Source: Octopus sinensis
Lineage: Eukaryota
Assembly: GCF_006345805.1 (NCBI RefSeq)
Contig: NW_021832049.1
Location: 1-33,723 of the forward strand
Direction of reading: 5' to 3'
DNA length: 33,723 bases
The position numbers and the translations under genes are program-made. Below the pieces are notes generated by a model. It did no database searches, was not told the origin of the DNA, and saw only the letters and a list, made by a program, of their open reading frames with translations. Shown here piece by piece: positions 11,520 to 23,377 of the stretch; within the stretch, counting starts at the first letter, position 1; every line of letters begins with the position of its first letter.

Positions 11520-11660
11520 GGTAGGTGGCCGAATCGTAAGGTCGTGAATGAAATACTATGCAAGCTTCCGTCGTGCTTTCCACGATATGAGTTCGAATTT
11601 CAACTACAACTTTCATAATTCCGGGACCAATAAAATATCTATCATGTACGGGGAACCATA
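11520..11660 (+). mobile_element. Old SINE family B copy
   Basis: GGTGGCCGAATCGTAAG...GAAATACT...GAGTTCGAATTTC resembles the family B head. Confidence 0.5.
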
Positions 11661-11932
11661 CTTCTACCAAATTTGGAGAATTTTAACTACGTTAAAAATT
11701 AATTATTTGCTTTAATCTCAGACATTAGACTGTAGTCATGTTTGTGCACAATTTTCGAGGGCGTCAGAAATCATATGGATCCCAATAAATAGATAAATTA
11801 CATTTTTTATAATACTATAGGATATTTTTGTTTGACACATCCTAACGACAAGAAATCGCACACGTACCCCACTCACACACTTACATATATGTATGTATTA
11901 TTACATATATGTATGATAATCTCTCTCTTTCT

Positions 11933-11988
<56 letters not shown>

Positions 11989-12029
11989 GTATATATGTAT
12001 GTATGTATATATGTGTGTGTGTGTATTAT

Positions 12030-12182
12030 AGTTTATGTTTCAGTTATTAGACTGTGGCCCCATTCTGAGGTGACGCTTTGACGGATTTCAGTGGAACAAA
12101 TCGACCCGAGGACTTAATGTCTAAGTTTGGTACTTATTCTATCGTTCTCTATTGATGAACTGCTAAGTTCAAGTGTAAAAAC
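12030..12182 (-). mobile_element. SINE family A, 3' half (decayed)
   Basis: TGTTTCAGTTATTAGACTGTGGCC...AAATCGACCC...GGTACTTATTCTATCG. Confidence 0.65.
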
Positions 12183-12445
12183 ATATATGTGTGTATGTGT
12201 GTGTGCGTGTGTGTGTGTGTTTACATACACACATATACACATACATTCTTATATATATATGTATGTATACGAGTATGTAAATACATTTTTACACACATAC
12301 ACACACATATATATATGTATATATGTATAAATGTAAAGTATCTATGCATATATGTATATATATAATATATACACAGACATATATATGTATTTGTGTGTTT
12401 ATACATATATTTACACACACGTTCATATACATATATATCTGCGTG

Positions 12446-12483
<38 letters not shown>

Positions 12484-12809
12484 ATATGTACATACGTTTA
12501 TACACACATACAGACTCACACACACATACACACACACACTTACACACACACATACACACGCATATGATTTTTTTGAATGTACATACCAAAATCACATTGC
12601 GCGGGTTGGTTGGCACTGTTTTAAAACTGCGTTGTTTGTTTGATATTCTATTCTATTTATTTCTGTATTTTTTATATGGGGGAAGAGTAAGAGAGAGAGA
12701 GAGAAAGCTGTAACTGAGTCTACATATTGTGTGTAAGTGTGATATGTGGAAAGGTGGGGGCTGAGAAAAAAGCCAGATGCAAAGAGAGGACAGGAAAAAC
12801 TGGGATGGT

Positions 12810-12990
12810 TGCGACGACGACAACGATGATGATGATGATGAGGCTGATGATGATGATGATGATGATGATGATTATGGTTGTGGTGGTGGTGGTGATGGTC
12901 GTAGTAATGATGGTTGTGGTGGTAGTGATGGTGGTGGTGGTGGTGCTGCTGCTGCTGCTGTTGTTGTTGATGGTGATGGTCGTGGTCTTG
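12810..12990. repeat. Compound trinucleotide microsatellite (GAC)(GAT)n(GGT)n(GCT)n(GTT)n
   Basis: Directly visible. Confidence 0.95.
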
Positions 12991-13922
12991 GTGGAGCAAA
13001 AAAGGGGAGCGGATAAAAGGTAATCAGAAAAATGGACAAAGAAACAAATCAGAAAGAGAGAGTGAGAGAGAGAGTCTGGGGGAAAAAGGGAAAGTGAGAA
13101 AGAAAGAGAAAGAGTGAGAGAAAGGAAGAGAGAAAGAGAGAGAGAGAGAGGAGGAAGAGTGAAAGAGAAAGACAGCTCCTGAGACAGAGGAAGAGAAAAA
13201 GAATGAATTAATGTTTGTGCTTTGTTTGTGCGGAAGTCTGTGTGTGCCTCTGCACACGTGTGTGCCTATAACTATGTGTGTGTCTATGCAATTGCTTTTG
13301 GCGTATGTATGCGTACGTATGTTCCAGGTAAAGTAAAAGGCTGACTTTTTTTGATAAGCTCAGCTGACAAGAAGTAGTTGCAATTAGTTGTTATTTCATG
13401 TGTTATATATAAGTTACTGTTTTCATGACATTTGTTTCGTCAGTAAAAATGTATGGAAATTTAGATGTATTCAATGTCAAGCAGAGAATAATGACGTCTG
13501 TTAAATGTGAGGTGTGTATGTTATGTTGTTATTTCTGTCAGCGTTCTTATTTATATCAGGCCTTTTTGGGAGTGTATGTGTATATGTGTATGTGCATGTA
13601 TGTACGCGATATTTATAATACACGCTGAAATGTATATATATATATACACATATTCGTAAATATATTTCTGTGAGTGGATGTGTGTATATATGAGCGCGCG
13701 CGTGTGTGGGTGATGTGTGTGCGCGTATGCCTGTCACTGTATGCATGTGTGTAATAAATATCATAACACGCACCAAAGCATAAAACTTCTACATAGACGT
13801 AAATATATATATTTGTATGGGATGTGCGTACGTAGGTATATGTGTGTGAGTGTGTTTGTGTGTGTTTTTATCTTTATATGTATCTATGTATGCGTGTGCA
13901 CGTGTGAAAGTATACATATAAT

Positions 13923-13982
<60 letters not shown>

Positions 13983-14205
13983 CATGAAAGTTTACCCTTG
14001 CTTTGCAATCATGAGGTGTTTTGTCTGAACCCGTCCGTGGCATCTAACGCAATTTTCATTTTCAAGAATCTCGTGTACGTTGAAGATTGTGCGGAAAATT
14101 TGTGACGGAGAAATGCATGATATCTCACTCACCCATGATTGTAAGATACTGCATTGTAGTACAGTGTGTCACTCTCATTTTATCTTGAAAATGCAGTAAA
14201 ATTAC

Positions 14206-14444
14206 GTTTCTTATTTCTTTAATGCCCACAAGGGGCTAAACATAGAGGGGACAAGCAAGGACAGACAAAGGGATTAAATCAATTACATCGACTCCAGCGC
14301 GTAACTGGTACTTAATTTATCGACCCCGAAAGGATGAAAGGCAAAATCAACCTCAGCGGAATTTGAACTCAGAACGTAACGGCAGACGAAATACCGCTAA
14401 GCATTTCGCCCGGCATGCTAACATTTCTGCCAGCTCGCCGCCTT
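14206..14444 (-). mobile_element. Full-length tRNA-derived SINE (family B) with ~15-bp TSD
   Basis: Head GGCGGCGAGCTGGCAGAAATGTTAGC, B box GAGTTCAAATTCC, A-rich tail AAAGAAATAAGAAA. Flanked by ATGCAGTAAAATTAC (14191-14205) and ATGCAGTAAAGTTAC (14445-14459). Confidence 0.85.
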
Positions 14445-14904
14445 ATGCAGTAAAGTTACATGTTTCTGCGGAGTATACAGCCACTTACGCTACATTTAAA
14501 CAAATGGGCGGTTAAGCTGTCAAATAACTGACATGCTCATCGTCGAAACCGAAGGTAGATCTATTTAAATATGTACATAAATGCTTATAGATTTTCCTAT
14601 ATTTCTAGATGTTCAGGATTTATTAAAAAAAAATTTCAACCAATAGAGAAAGACCGGTTTCCATCACAAAAAAAACAAAGCTCTTTCATTGAAAATTAGA
14701 CAACATTCACCAAATAGTCACATAGCTAGTTATGTGTCTACACATGCATATGTATGTACGCAATATACATGCCATTGCATAATGAATACGTAACTTATGT
14801 ATATAAATATATAATATCTATATATTTGTATGTATATGTATATATATATATATTATAATATATATAGATATATATTATATATATATATATGGAATATATA
14901 CATA

Positions 14905-14941
<37 letters not shown>

Positions 14942-15744
14942 GTATATAATATACATATATATATATATGTATATTATATTACATATATATATATGTATAT
15001 GTATGTGTATTTTTTTTTATATACATCTATATATATATGTATACTCACACACACGCATATATATATATATATATGTGTGTGTATATATATATATTTATAT
15101 CAGTATGTTTGTATGTTTGTCTATAAGTGTGTATACGTATGTTTATAATGTGCACACATTCATGTATTCGCATGCATGTCTATACAAGTGTACATGCATA
15201 TTAATATGTGTATCTATACAAGTGTATACATACGTGCACATATCCATACATATGTGTATATGTATATAGAAATGTTTACGTATACGCATCTACATCTTCA
15301 TATCTATGTCCATACGTGTGCTTTTTTATTTATACCTATCTATGTATTTGCACGTATGCCTGGAGAGATATCTCTCTGTATTTTTCTATAGACTAAACTC
15401 CTACAACGCTTTTACATATTTTACCATATTCTCCTTCGCGGCTTGTAATTATGTCTTAATTACCCGTACGTATCGTTTCTGCTTTTGTGATGCCCATCGT
15501 TTGAAGCCTGCGCTCGGTTAGTTATGTAACAAAGCACCCTACTAACCACAACTAAAGATCTGAAGTTGTACTCAGCGAGGCTTATGCAAATTTCTCATTA
15601 GTTCGCCATAGACGTTCGCTTTCAATTTTATCTTTAGCTTTCGATTACGACTTCCGGACAAGCGATTTCTATAACTGTACATCCTTTCTTCTGTCCATTA
15701 CAAACCATTATGTCTGGTCTTTAATCTTTTTTTGTTTTGTTTTG

Positions 15745-15950
15745 TTTTGTTTTGTTGCTTCTTTCACTCATAAGACTGCGGTCATACTGGAGTAATGCCT
15801 TGAACGGTTTAGCTGAACAAACTGACCGCAGTGCTTAAAAAATAATGAAGTCTGGTATTAATTTTAGCCATCTCTTTTACCAGACTGGTATGTTACGGGG
15901 ACGTAAGCAAAAGAACAACGGTTGCCAAGTGGTGGGAGGACAAGTACAAA
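15745..15950 (-). mobile_element. SINE family A, 3' half (decayed)
   Basis: GACTGCGGTCATACTGGAG...GTTACGGGACGTAAG. Confidence 0.65.
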
Positions 15951-15968
15951 GAGACTCACGCATGCACG

Positions 15969-16010
<42 letters not shown>

Positions 16011-16399
16011 TATATAGCCAAGCTTGCACTTATTTATTCCTATATCTTACAAATAATGTAGTAGGAATACTCGACCAATATTCATTTATCACATCGGTGA
16101 ATATTCCCTCCACTTCACAATAGCTTGTTATGTTTTTATCTTCAGGGTTCTTTCTACGGATTGCATTGTATGGAATTTTGGCCACGCCATGAAGCCTCAT
16201 AGGTACATAGTTTCGTGAGGCCCATTTTAGACAGCTACATATGATATGGATCACATTTTCGACGTTAACCCCATATAGTCTATACTGACTGTCACTTCCT
16301 TTTGTGTTACCATCATCCTTATTCCTGCTGTTATTTCTCGTTCCTTGATTGCAGGAACCTACCCTTTTATAGAGAGAATTAATATATCGGATGTTGATT

Positions 16400-16720
16400 C
16401 AAGTCTACTTTGGTTATCTATTTTACTGTCACGGTGAACGTTTCAGACAGGATGTAGGCAAGGCCTTCCACTAAACAGAAGGTATTTCACTTAATGTTAT
16501 GTTGTGGTAGACCTTCTCTGGTACATCTTATATCTGTCAGTTAAGGAATACTTTGTAGGAAACTGCTTCCTACAAAGAGTATCGGCCATGATACTCTTTG
16601 CCTCATATAGTCAACTTTAATCCAATGGAAAACTTCCAAGCTGTCTGGTTTTCAACGGCTGATTAAATAATCTTAGACTGGATTATTGCTCCTGCATTAG
16701 GTAGAGGCATTTAATAACGC
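16400..16720 (+). pseudogene. Decayed non-LTR retrotransposon RT fragment (L1/Tx1-like)
   Basis: Frameshifted peptides TVTVN, FQTGCRQGLPL, RVSA--DDTL and KLSGF occur in the order of RT motifs V.VNG, G.RQG.PLS, YADD and SG..IN. Confidence 0.5.
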
Positions 16721-17329
16721 TGTTGTCATGGAATTTTCTGACGTCGTTAATATAGATCGGCTTTCAATATCAATAAGCCAGATCTAATATTGCATATTAT
16801 CCAAATAAAGAACACAAATGCTGGTATAATTACTGATATACAAACGTTTTGCATTACAGATTTATGACATGAAGAGAGTCCTGAGTACCGTATTTTTTAT
16901 CCAGGGAATGTTTTTATCATTCCCTGGTAGGAAAAGGCTGTAAAAACAATTTGCTGGTTGGTCTACAGAAGACTGTCAGTTATGTCGCAGCAGTCATCAA
17001 ATATTAACAAATAAAAAGCCGCACTTCCCTCTCTAATAAAAATAGAAATTAAAAACTTAATGGACATTGCATAAAGTAACACTTCAATATAAATTCATCA
17101 CTATTAGACAGGAGTTGAAAGCTATCAGTTAATCGGTTATCAGGAAAGAGTAGGTGAAGGAATATCAAGAGGTTTCATCTTGGAAATCAATAAGCATTCG
17201 TCAGAGACATGAGAGATTTAGTGAATAAAATCGTAGAGGTTCCATCTCAGCAAGATATGGTTTCATTCTATAGAAAATCTGGAGTGAGGAAATGGTGTTT
17301 TACGGGAATACAGTATAGATAGAAGAAAT

Positions 17330-18100
17330 CTAAAATAAATATTTTACCGAAAGCATACATCGTCATTGCTGAAGTTCTTAAAGACCGTGAAAGAACTTCA
17401 GGATAAAAAAAGTACCCAGAAGCAATTTAATTGTCACCTGCTGATATAAAACCTGATTGTCGATCTGTGGCAGTAAATTATCAATAGAGATATAAATACA
17501 CCAAGCTGGCTGGTATTAGCAGAATCAAATATAAGAAAAGCACTCGTTTTCATTTATAGGGGGAAGGAAACCCAATCAATATCAATATACAAGTTCTATG
17601 CAGCCTGCCTGAACTTATTTCCTCAAGCTTTATTGTGGTAGTAATGATATCATCACAGCTAAACAAGAATATGCGCGGAGAGAGGTTTGAGGGAGGATAT
17701 GCAGAACAGTTTTTAATCAAGAGAACTGCGATATACGACAACATTGGCGAAAATTGGTTACAATCTGCCTGGATTCATAAAAAGTATTCGAGAGTTTGTT
17801 CCTCAGCTTTGGATGCTAGTTTTTGAAGTTTTTAAAGGTTTGGAGACCAAATTCAAGAACACATGCTGAGCTACCATCTTAAAATTAAATACAAGAAGCG
17901 ATTGTATTAGGATTAAGTAGCGCATAGGTATATTCCAAAGGTATATATAGTCTCCCTGTGATGCTGCTTATACTTGCAGTGAACTTATTAGCATTTATAT
18001 TAGGGAAATCTGGAGAGTACATTGCCTGACTATATACAGAGAATGTATATAGCATGACTGTATTTTGGCCCACAAAAAGGCGGAAATGGCATTCTGACAG
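17330..18100 (+). pseudogene. Decayed RT of an R4/Dong-like (RLE-class) non-LTR retrotransposon
   Basis: Ordered frameshifted motifs KVPRSNLI..*YK (~17409), YKFYAACLN (~17588), GGYAEQFLI, SAWI, VPQLWML and KGIYSLPVMLLILAVNLLAFIL (~17937). They resemble KAPGPD, YKL, GC.EQLLI, AWIDY.KAFDSVPH.WI and RGI.QGDSLSPLLF.LA.NPLS. Confidence 0.6.
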
Positions 18101-18334
18101 AGATGCTCTGTTGTTAAACTAGAAAAGATATAGTAAAAATAAGATAAATCCTTGGGTTGGTTACGAAGGGTATGTTTATGTGCATGTATGTAAGCATGTA
18201 TGTATCGATTTATTTAAGTGTATGTAGATAAATGCATGTGCATATATACACCTACACGTATTCATATTTGTACATATATCAATATCAGTTATCTTCTCTG
18301 TCTCTTTGATTCTCTTTTTCTCATTCTCTCTCTT

Positions 18335-18373
<39 letters not shown>

Positions 18374-18390
18374 TATATATAATATACATA

Positions 18391-19670
18391 CAGGGTTTGG
18401 ACAAAATAATGGAAACACCTAGCATCATACCATCATAATTTTGAAATATAAATAACCAACAAAAGCTAGTTTAGTTTTGTTTTTTTGATTTATTATTAGT
18501 GTTGCTTAATATGTTTTGCTAAAATTGCTGTTTCTTTTCAGATATCATCAGAAGAAGGTAATTAAAATTCATTAAAATGACAAATCTATCGGACTTTCAA
18601 AGAGGTCAAATTGTTGGTGCTCGTATGGCAGGAGCTAGCGTAACGAAAGCAGCTGAAATATTTAGTGTATCAAGAAGTACTGCCTCGACAGCAATGGCAG
18701 CCTTTGAGAAAGATGGAAAAACCCCCTTGTCGAAACAGAACTCCGGAAGAAAACCAAAACTTTCAGATAGGGAGCGTCGGGCTCCTATGTGAATTGTTAA
18801 AAAGTATCGCAAAAATACAGCTCCAAAAATTACTGCAGAGCTTAATGACCACCTCGTGAACCCAGTTTCCTCAAAAACTGTTTGCATTTGCCGGGAGCTG
18901 CATAAAGCCGGATTTCATATGAGGGATGCAATCAGAAAACCACTACTTTCAAATACAAACATTGCAAAACATTTAGAATGAAGCAAAACCTACAGTATTA
19001 GTCCCTAGAGCAGTGAAAGAGTGTTATTTTCTCGGACGGGTCATCCTTTACCTTATTTCCGACCACCGGCCGAATAAACGTGTGGAGACAGCCAAAAGAA
19101 GCATTTGATCCAGACTGCTTTCTTCCAACTGTTAAATATGGAGGAGGATCTGTGATGATCTGGGGTGGGGGACTATATCTTGGCAATCTGCCGGCCAAAT
19201 GTTTTCCCTTTATGGCAGAATTAATAGTGAAGAATATTTAAGCATTTTATCTGATAAAATTCATCCTATGGTTGCAGAACTGTTTCCGGAGGGAAATGCA
19301 ATCTTTCAGGATGATAATGCACCAATTCACACAGCTAAAGTTGTTACTGAATGGCACGAGGAACATTCTAGTGAAGTTGAACATGTTATCTGGCCATCAC
19401 AGTCCCCAGATCTCAATAGTATTGAACATTTATGGTGCATTGTAGAAACACAAGTAAGGAATCGATATCCTCCACCATCATCACTATAAGAACTGAACAC
19501 TGTTTCACCTGAAGAATGGACAAAAATTCCTTTGGAAACACTTAAAACTTTGCACGAGTCCATACCTCGTAGAATTCAAGCTGTAATTACGGCTACAGGC
19601 GGTCCTACCCCATATTGAAATTAATTTGTTTGAAATTTTAAGTTGTTACCGTTATTTTGACCAACCCCTG
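18391..19670 (+). mobile_element. Full-length Tc1/mariner DNA transposon, 1280 bp
   Basis: 30-bp TIRs CAGGGTTTGGACAAAATAATGGAAACACCT and its reverse complement at 19641-19670 (25/30 match). TA flanks at 18389-90 and 19671-72. Confidence 0.95.
18577..19618 (+). pseudogene. Tc1-like transposase pseudogene with DD36E spacing
   Basis: MTNLSDFQRGQIVGARMAGAS HTH, GRKPKL, VIFSD, FQDDNAPIH, SPDLNSIEHLW and GGPTPY*. Several stops and frameshifts. Confidence 0.92.
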
Positions 19671-19744
19671 TATATATATATATATATATATTATGTAAAT
19701 AGAGGAAATTTATCTATACAATATGTTACATTACTCGGTAGTCA

Positions 19745-19807
19745 AGATAAAACTCTGAGTTTCAGATGCCGAAGTGGAAATCCACAACACCATCTCTTTG
19801 GTTATCT
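19745..19807 (-). ncRNA. Inverted copy of the 20658-20719 hammerhead-like motif, core mutated
   Basis: Same stems; core reads CCAAAGA (G5A). Confidence 0.45.
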
Positions 19808-20042
19808 GGCTATTTGAAAACGTTATGAAAAAATACCGTTAAAAATGAAGGGAAAAACGTAACAGAAATTTAGTCACATGTGGGCATGATCCGAAAAGCT
19901 CTGTCCTTGTATTTAGACATGTGGTAGGGTCTAAGCTGCTTTTCCAGATAAGCCATCTCTCCATGTCGCATAAACCGCACCTTCCGCTGCCGTTAGTATA
20001 GGGCTTACATCTGGCCAAAATCTTCCATTGTATGTTATAAAT

Positions 20043-20465
20043 GGAGCTTGCATGTCCAAGACCATCATATATGAAGCTACCGTAAACTCTATAACCACTA
20101 AAGACACCGTTTCGACGAAGAAATACGTGCGCCTGACAGAGGGTAATTTCAAGGCCAGGTTCAATAACCACACTTTGAGCTTTAGGCACTGGAACAAAAG
20201 AAAAGCGACACAATTATCCAATCATATTTGGTCTTTAAGTGATAAAGGTGTCGATTATAACATACAATGGAAGATTTTGGCCAGATGTAAGCCCTATACT
20301 AACGGCAGCGGAAGGTGCGGTTTATGCGACATGGAGAGATGGCTTATCTGGAAAAGCAGCTTAGACCCTACCACATGTCTAAATACAAGGACAGAGCTTT
20401 TCGGATCATGCCCACATGTGACTAAATTTCTGTTACGTTTTTGGTCCCCTAAAGAAAACGGATAG
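20043..20465 (+). pseudogene. GIY-YIG endonuclease domain of a Penelope-like element (N-terminally truncated)
   Basis: C...IIYEATV...YVRLTE..FKARFNNH..SF...LSNHIW.L...IQWKIL...CGLCDMER...LNTRTEL..SCPH. The YIG glycine is replaced by R, and no RT lies upstream. Confidence 0.9.
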
Positions 20466-20657
20466 AACATGCTTTCTGTGTTATGTCCCAAGAAGATTTA
20501 TATATTTTTATATATTTTTATATATTTTTATGTATTTTTATATAATTTTTATGACGAAAAATGCGAGCGATGTATAAGTACGCAGGCAAGCAGAGTTATA
20601 ACAGAGTAATTTCCCTTCATTTTTAACGGTATTTTTTCATAACGTTTTCAAATAGCC

Positions 20658-20719
20658 AGATAACCGAAGAGATGGTTTGTGGATTTCCACTTCGGCATCT
20701 GAAACTCAGAGTTTTATCT
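20658..20719 (+). ncRNA. Hammerhead-like motif in the PLE pseudo-LTR (U4C variant)
   Basis: Stem I AGATAA/TTATCT; core CCGAAGA; stem II GATG..GTGG-attt-CCAC..CATC; extra T; GAA; stem III ACTC-a-GAGT; H17=U. Confidence 0.55.
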
Positions 20720-20741
20720 TGACTACCGAGTAATGTAACAT

Positions 20742-20799
<58 letters not shown>

Positions 20800-20803
<4 letters not shown>

Positions 20804-21010
20804 ATCCAAACATGAACAAAGAGAAAACACAACAACGCGGGGACATGGGACAAATATAGTGTTATTGGACGCTTAGGAAAGGAAACAAAGAAGGAGGATT
20901 TAACGTTTCTAGCGGAGCTCTTCGTCAGAAATATACAAAAAGGAAAGATCCAAGGAAGGGAACACGGAGAAAGAAAACCGCCAACGATGCACACGCGGTC
21001 ACATATTGAA
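20800..21010 (-). mobile_element. Non-coding PLE pseudo-LTR-like fragment containing a minimal hammerhead
   Basis: Abuts (TA)n and contains the motif at 20898-20932; boundaries are approximate. Confidence 0.5.
20898..20932 (-). ncRNA. Minimal type I hammerhead motif with canonical core
   Basis: Minus strand ATTT-CTGACGA-A-GAGC-tcc-GCTA-GAA-ACGT-T-AAAT. C11.1 appears mutated to A. Confidence 0.7.
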
Positions 21011-21169
21011 ATGACCGGAAGGGAATGGGTGAAGAAAAAGTTCTTTCAGAGATAGGAGAGTGCAAGAGAAGGAGGTGTGTGTGGGTATGTGCGTGCGCGC
21101 ATGTCTATGTGTGTATGCGTGTGTGTGTGTGTTTGTGTGTAATGATAGCACATGTATATGTATATATAT

Positions 21170-21229
<60 letters not shown>

Positions 21230-21318
21230 ATATTATATATATATATATATATGTATATGCACCTCTATAGAAATACATAGACCCTCTCACGCGCACACAT
21301 GTATATTATATGAACTTG

Positions 21319-21355
<37 letters not shown>

Positions 21356-22238
21356 ATGTATGTATGTGTGCGTATGCATATGTATATATATGAGATACAT
21401 AAGACCTAGACGTGTTAGCCAAGTACTAAAGTAATAATATATTAGCCAATAACCACATGTCACCTTGTTAACATCAGCTATCAGCCATCAAGTTTCTAGC
21501 TTATGGCCTGCCAACATTCCACCATCTTTAATTTTGAAATAATTCTCGTAATGAATAATTGGTTGGTTGTAAATCCTCGCCACCTGCTCTTGATGTAGAT
21601 ATCAACCCTCCCTCTTCCCTCTCGATCTCTCTCGTCTATGGAATTGGTATTAAAACTATAGACGCGTTGCTCCATACGTCAAGATTTTTGCGTATGATCT
21701 TATTTATAAGAGGTTGTTTAAGGATATCAGGTTTAGATAATTCGTATTCAGTTTGCGCCAAGATGATTTGCCCAGTGACCAAGGCATTTAACCTTCAGTT
21801 CACATACCTGTAATTAACGTTCGTTGTTAATTCGGTCAAAACCGGCCATTATTGAGCATTATTGGCATTCTAGCCGTGACGAACACGATTTTATTCGGAT
21901 ATAGTGTATCGAAGTCTATTACGACTGTTTTCCCTTTTATTCAGATAATATGGTAGCAATTTCAGGAACAGTTAGTTGTTATTTTTTGTAGGTCTAGTAG
22001 CCGCGTAAAGACCTCTTCGTTATTTTAGCCAGCAATAATTAAGGGCATTTCAACTGCTGTGACTACTAGATATTTTATCGAGCAGATTATTATTTGAGAT
22101 GACATTATTCTAATTTTTCCTTCCAATTCTGCAAATTCACGGTTAACGTCACCGTGTTCGACGCTGTCTTATTTGACATCAGACGTTTTAATGATTTTCC
22201 CGCTTTCTCCTTCCCTCGTTTTCACCCTTCTCGTTCCT

Positions 22239-22291
<53 letters not shown>

Positions 22292-22678
22292 ACCTATATA
22301 TATGTATATATATATATATAGTGAGATAGATAGATATAGATATGTCTACATATTTATATATACATATATATATATATACACACACACATATATACACACA
22401 TATATACACACACACACACATATATATATATATACATAAATATATGTGCGTGTATGTATATATGTGTTTGTATATATATATGTGTGTGTGTGTGTATGTA
22501 TATATGTGTGTTTGTGTGTGTCTGTGTCTGCCTGTCTGTCTGTGTCTATGTGTATCTATTTATCTCTCTATCTCTATCTCTCTACCTATCTATCTGTATA
22601 TACATACATACATACATACATGCATATACATATATGCACATATATATTTATCTTTTTCTCACCCTTTCTCTTGCTGGT

Positions 22679-22737
<59 letters not shown>

Positions 22738-23377
22738 GAATATTGTACAAATGTACAATTGTACAAATATTGTACAATATAGTTATGTTTGTATGCGTGT
22801 GTAATGCCTCAACAGTCTTTCTCTGTATCTCACACTCATTCTATCTGCATGCGTATAATTCTGTGCACCCTAGTTTGTGTACATATATATTTGCCGTCAG
22901 TTCGAAAATGTACAGTCACCCAAACAGCCTGTATGTCCACTAAGCCGTGTCAAATCATCGGCGTGGAAACAACCGCGTCCGATCGTCTCAGTGCGTTACC
23001 AAGGGGTTTCTGAAGTTTCGAAAAGCAGACAAAACAGTTATGTATTCAAATGGTTCATAGACAAAGATATCAATGAGTTAGATAGTGTAATAGATTGAGA
23101 GACAGACAGCGAGACAGCTTGACAAATAAACAGATAACTAGACGGTTTTCTAGACACTTCTATCAGCTGAAAGTATCACCTGACAACACATGAATGATCT
23201 AAATGTAAGTATCAAGATATTATCATTCATCATATCGTTCGCTTAATAAACAAATGTGTATAAAAATAAAATTAAATTTACAAAAGAAATATGTGAAAAT
23301 TAATAAAGCCATTTTCAGTGTTTGTCTCTTTTTATTTCCTTACAATCGTATTTAATAAACAGTTGTATCTTTTGTTT

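Larger units (their letters stand above)
19715..20749 (+). mobile_element. 5'-truncated Penelope-like retroelement with inverted upstream pseudo-LTR
   Basis: 19715-20040 is the reverse complement of 20255-20442 joined to 20610-20749. A GIY-YIG ORF lies between the arms. Confidence 0.9.

Noticed and set aside
11511-11520. Possible 10-nt microexon (polypyrimidine-TTGCAG ... GTAGGT)
   Set aside because: The apparent donor is the start of a decayed SINE head, and no partner exons were found. RNA-seq would be needed.
12592-13023. Poly-His/Gln ORF on the minus strand and poly-Asp/Gly or poly-Met/Val ORFs on the plus strand
   Set aside because: Compound trinucleotide repeat open in several frames, with no complex domain or splice support.
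13411-13450. CTGACGA...GAAA on the minus strand
   Set aside because: Stems I and II do not form in hammerhead register.
15584-15657. Octamer ATGCAAAT, TCATTA and ETS-like ACTTCCGG cluster
   Set aside because: Short motifs are expected by chance in 34 kb, and there is no linked gene.
16095-16147. CTGAAGA on the minus strand
   Set aside because: No GAAA/NUH or stems at the right spacing.
21430-21810. Possible PLE C-terminus (ILKQPLINKD) and hammerhead trace on the minus strand
   Set aside because: Too decayed to support by eye.
22741-22780. Four TGTACAA units
   Set aside because: Consistent with a short slippage-derived minisatellite; no further evidence of function.
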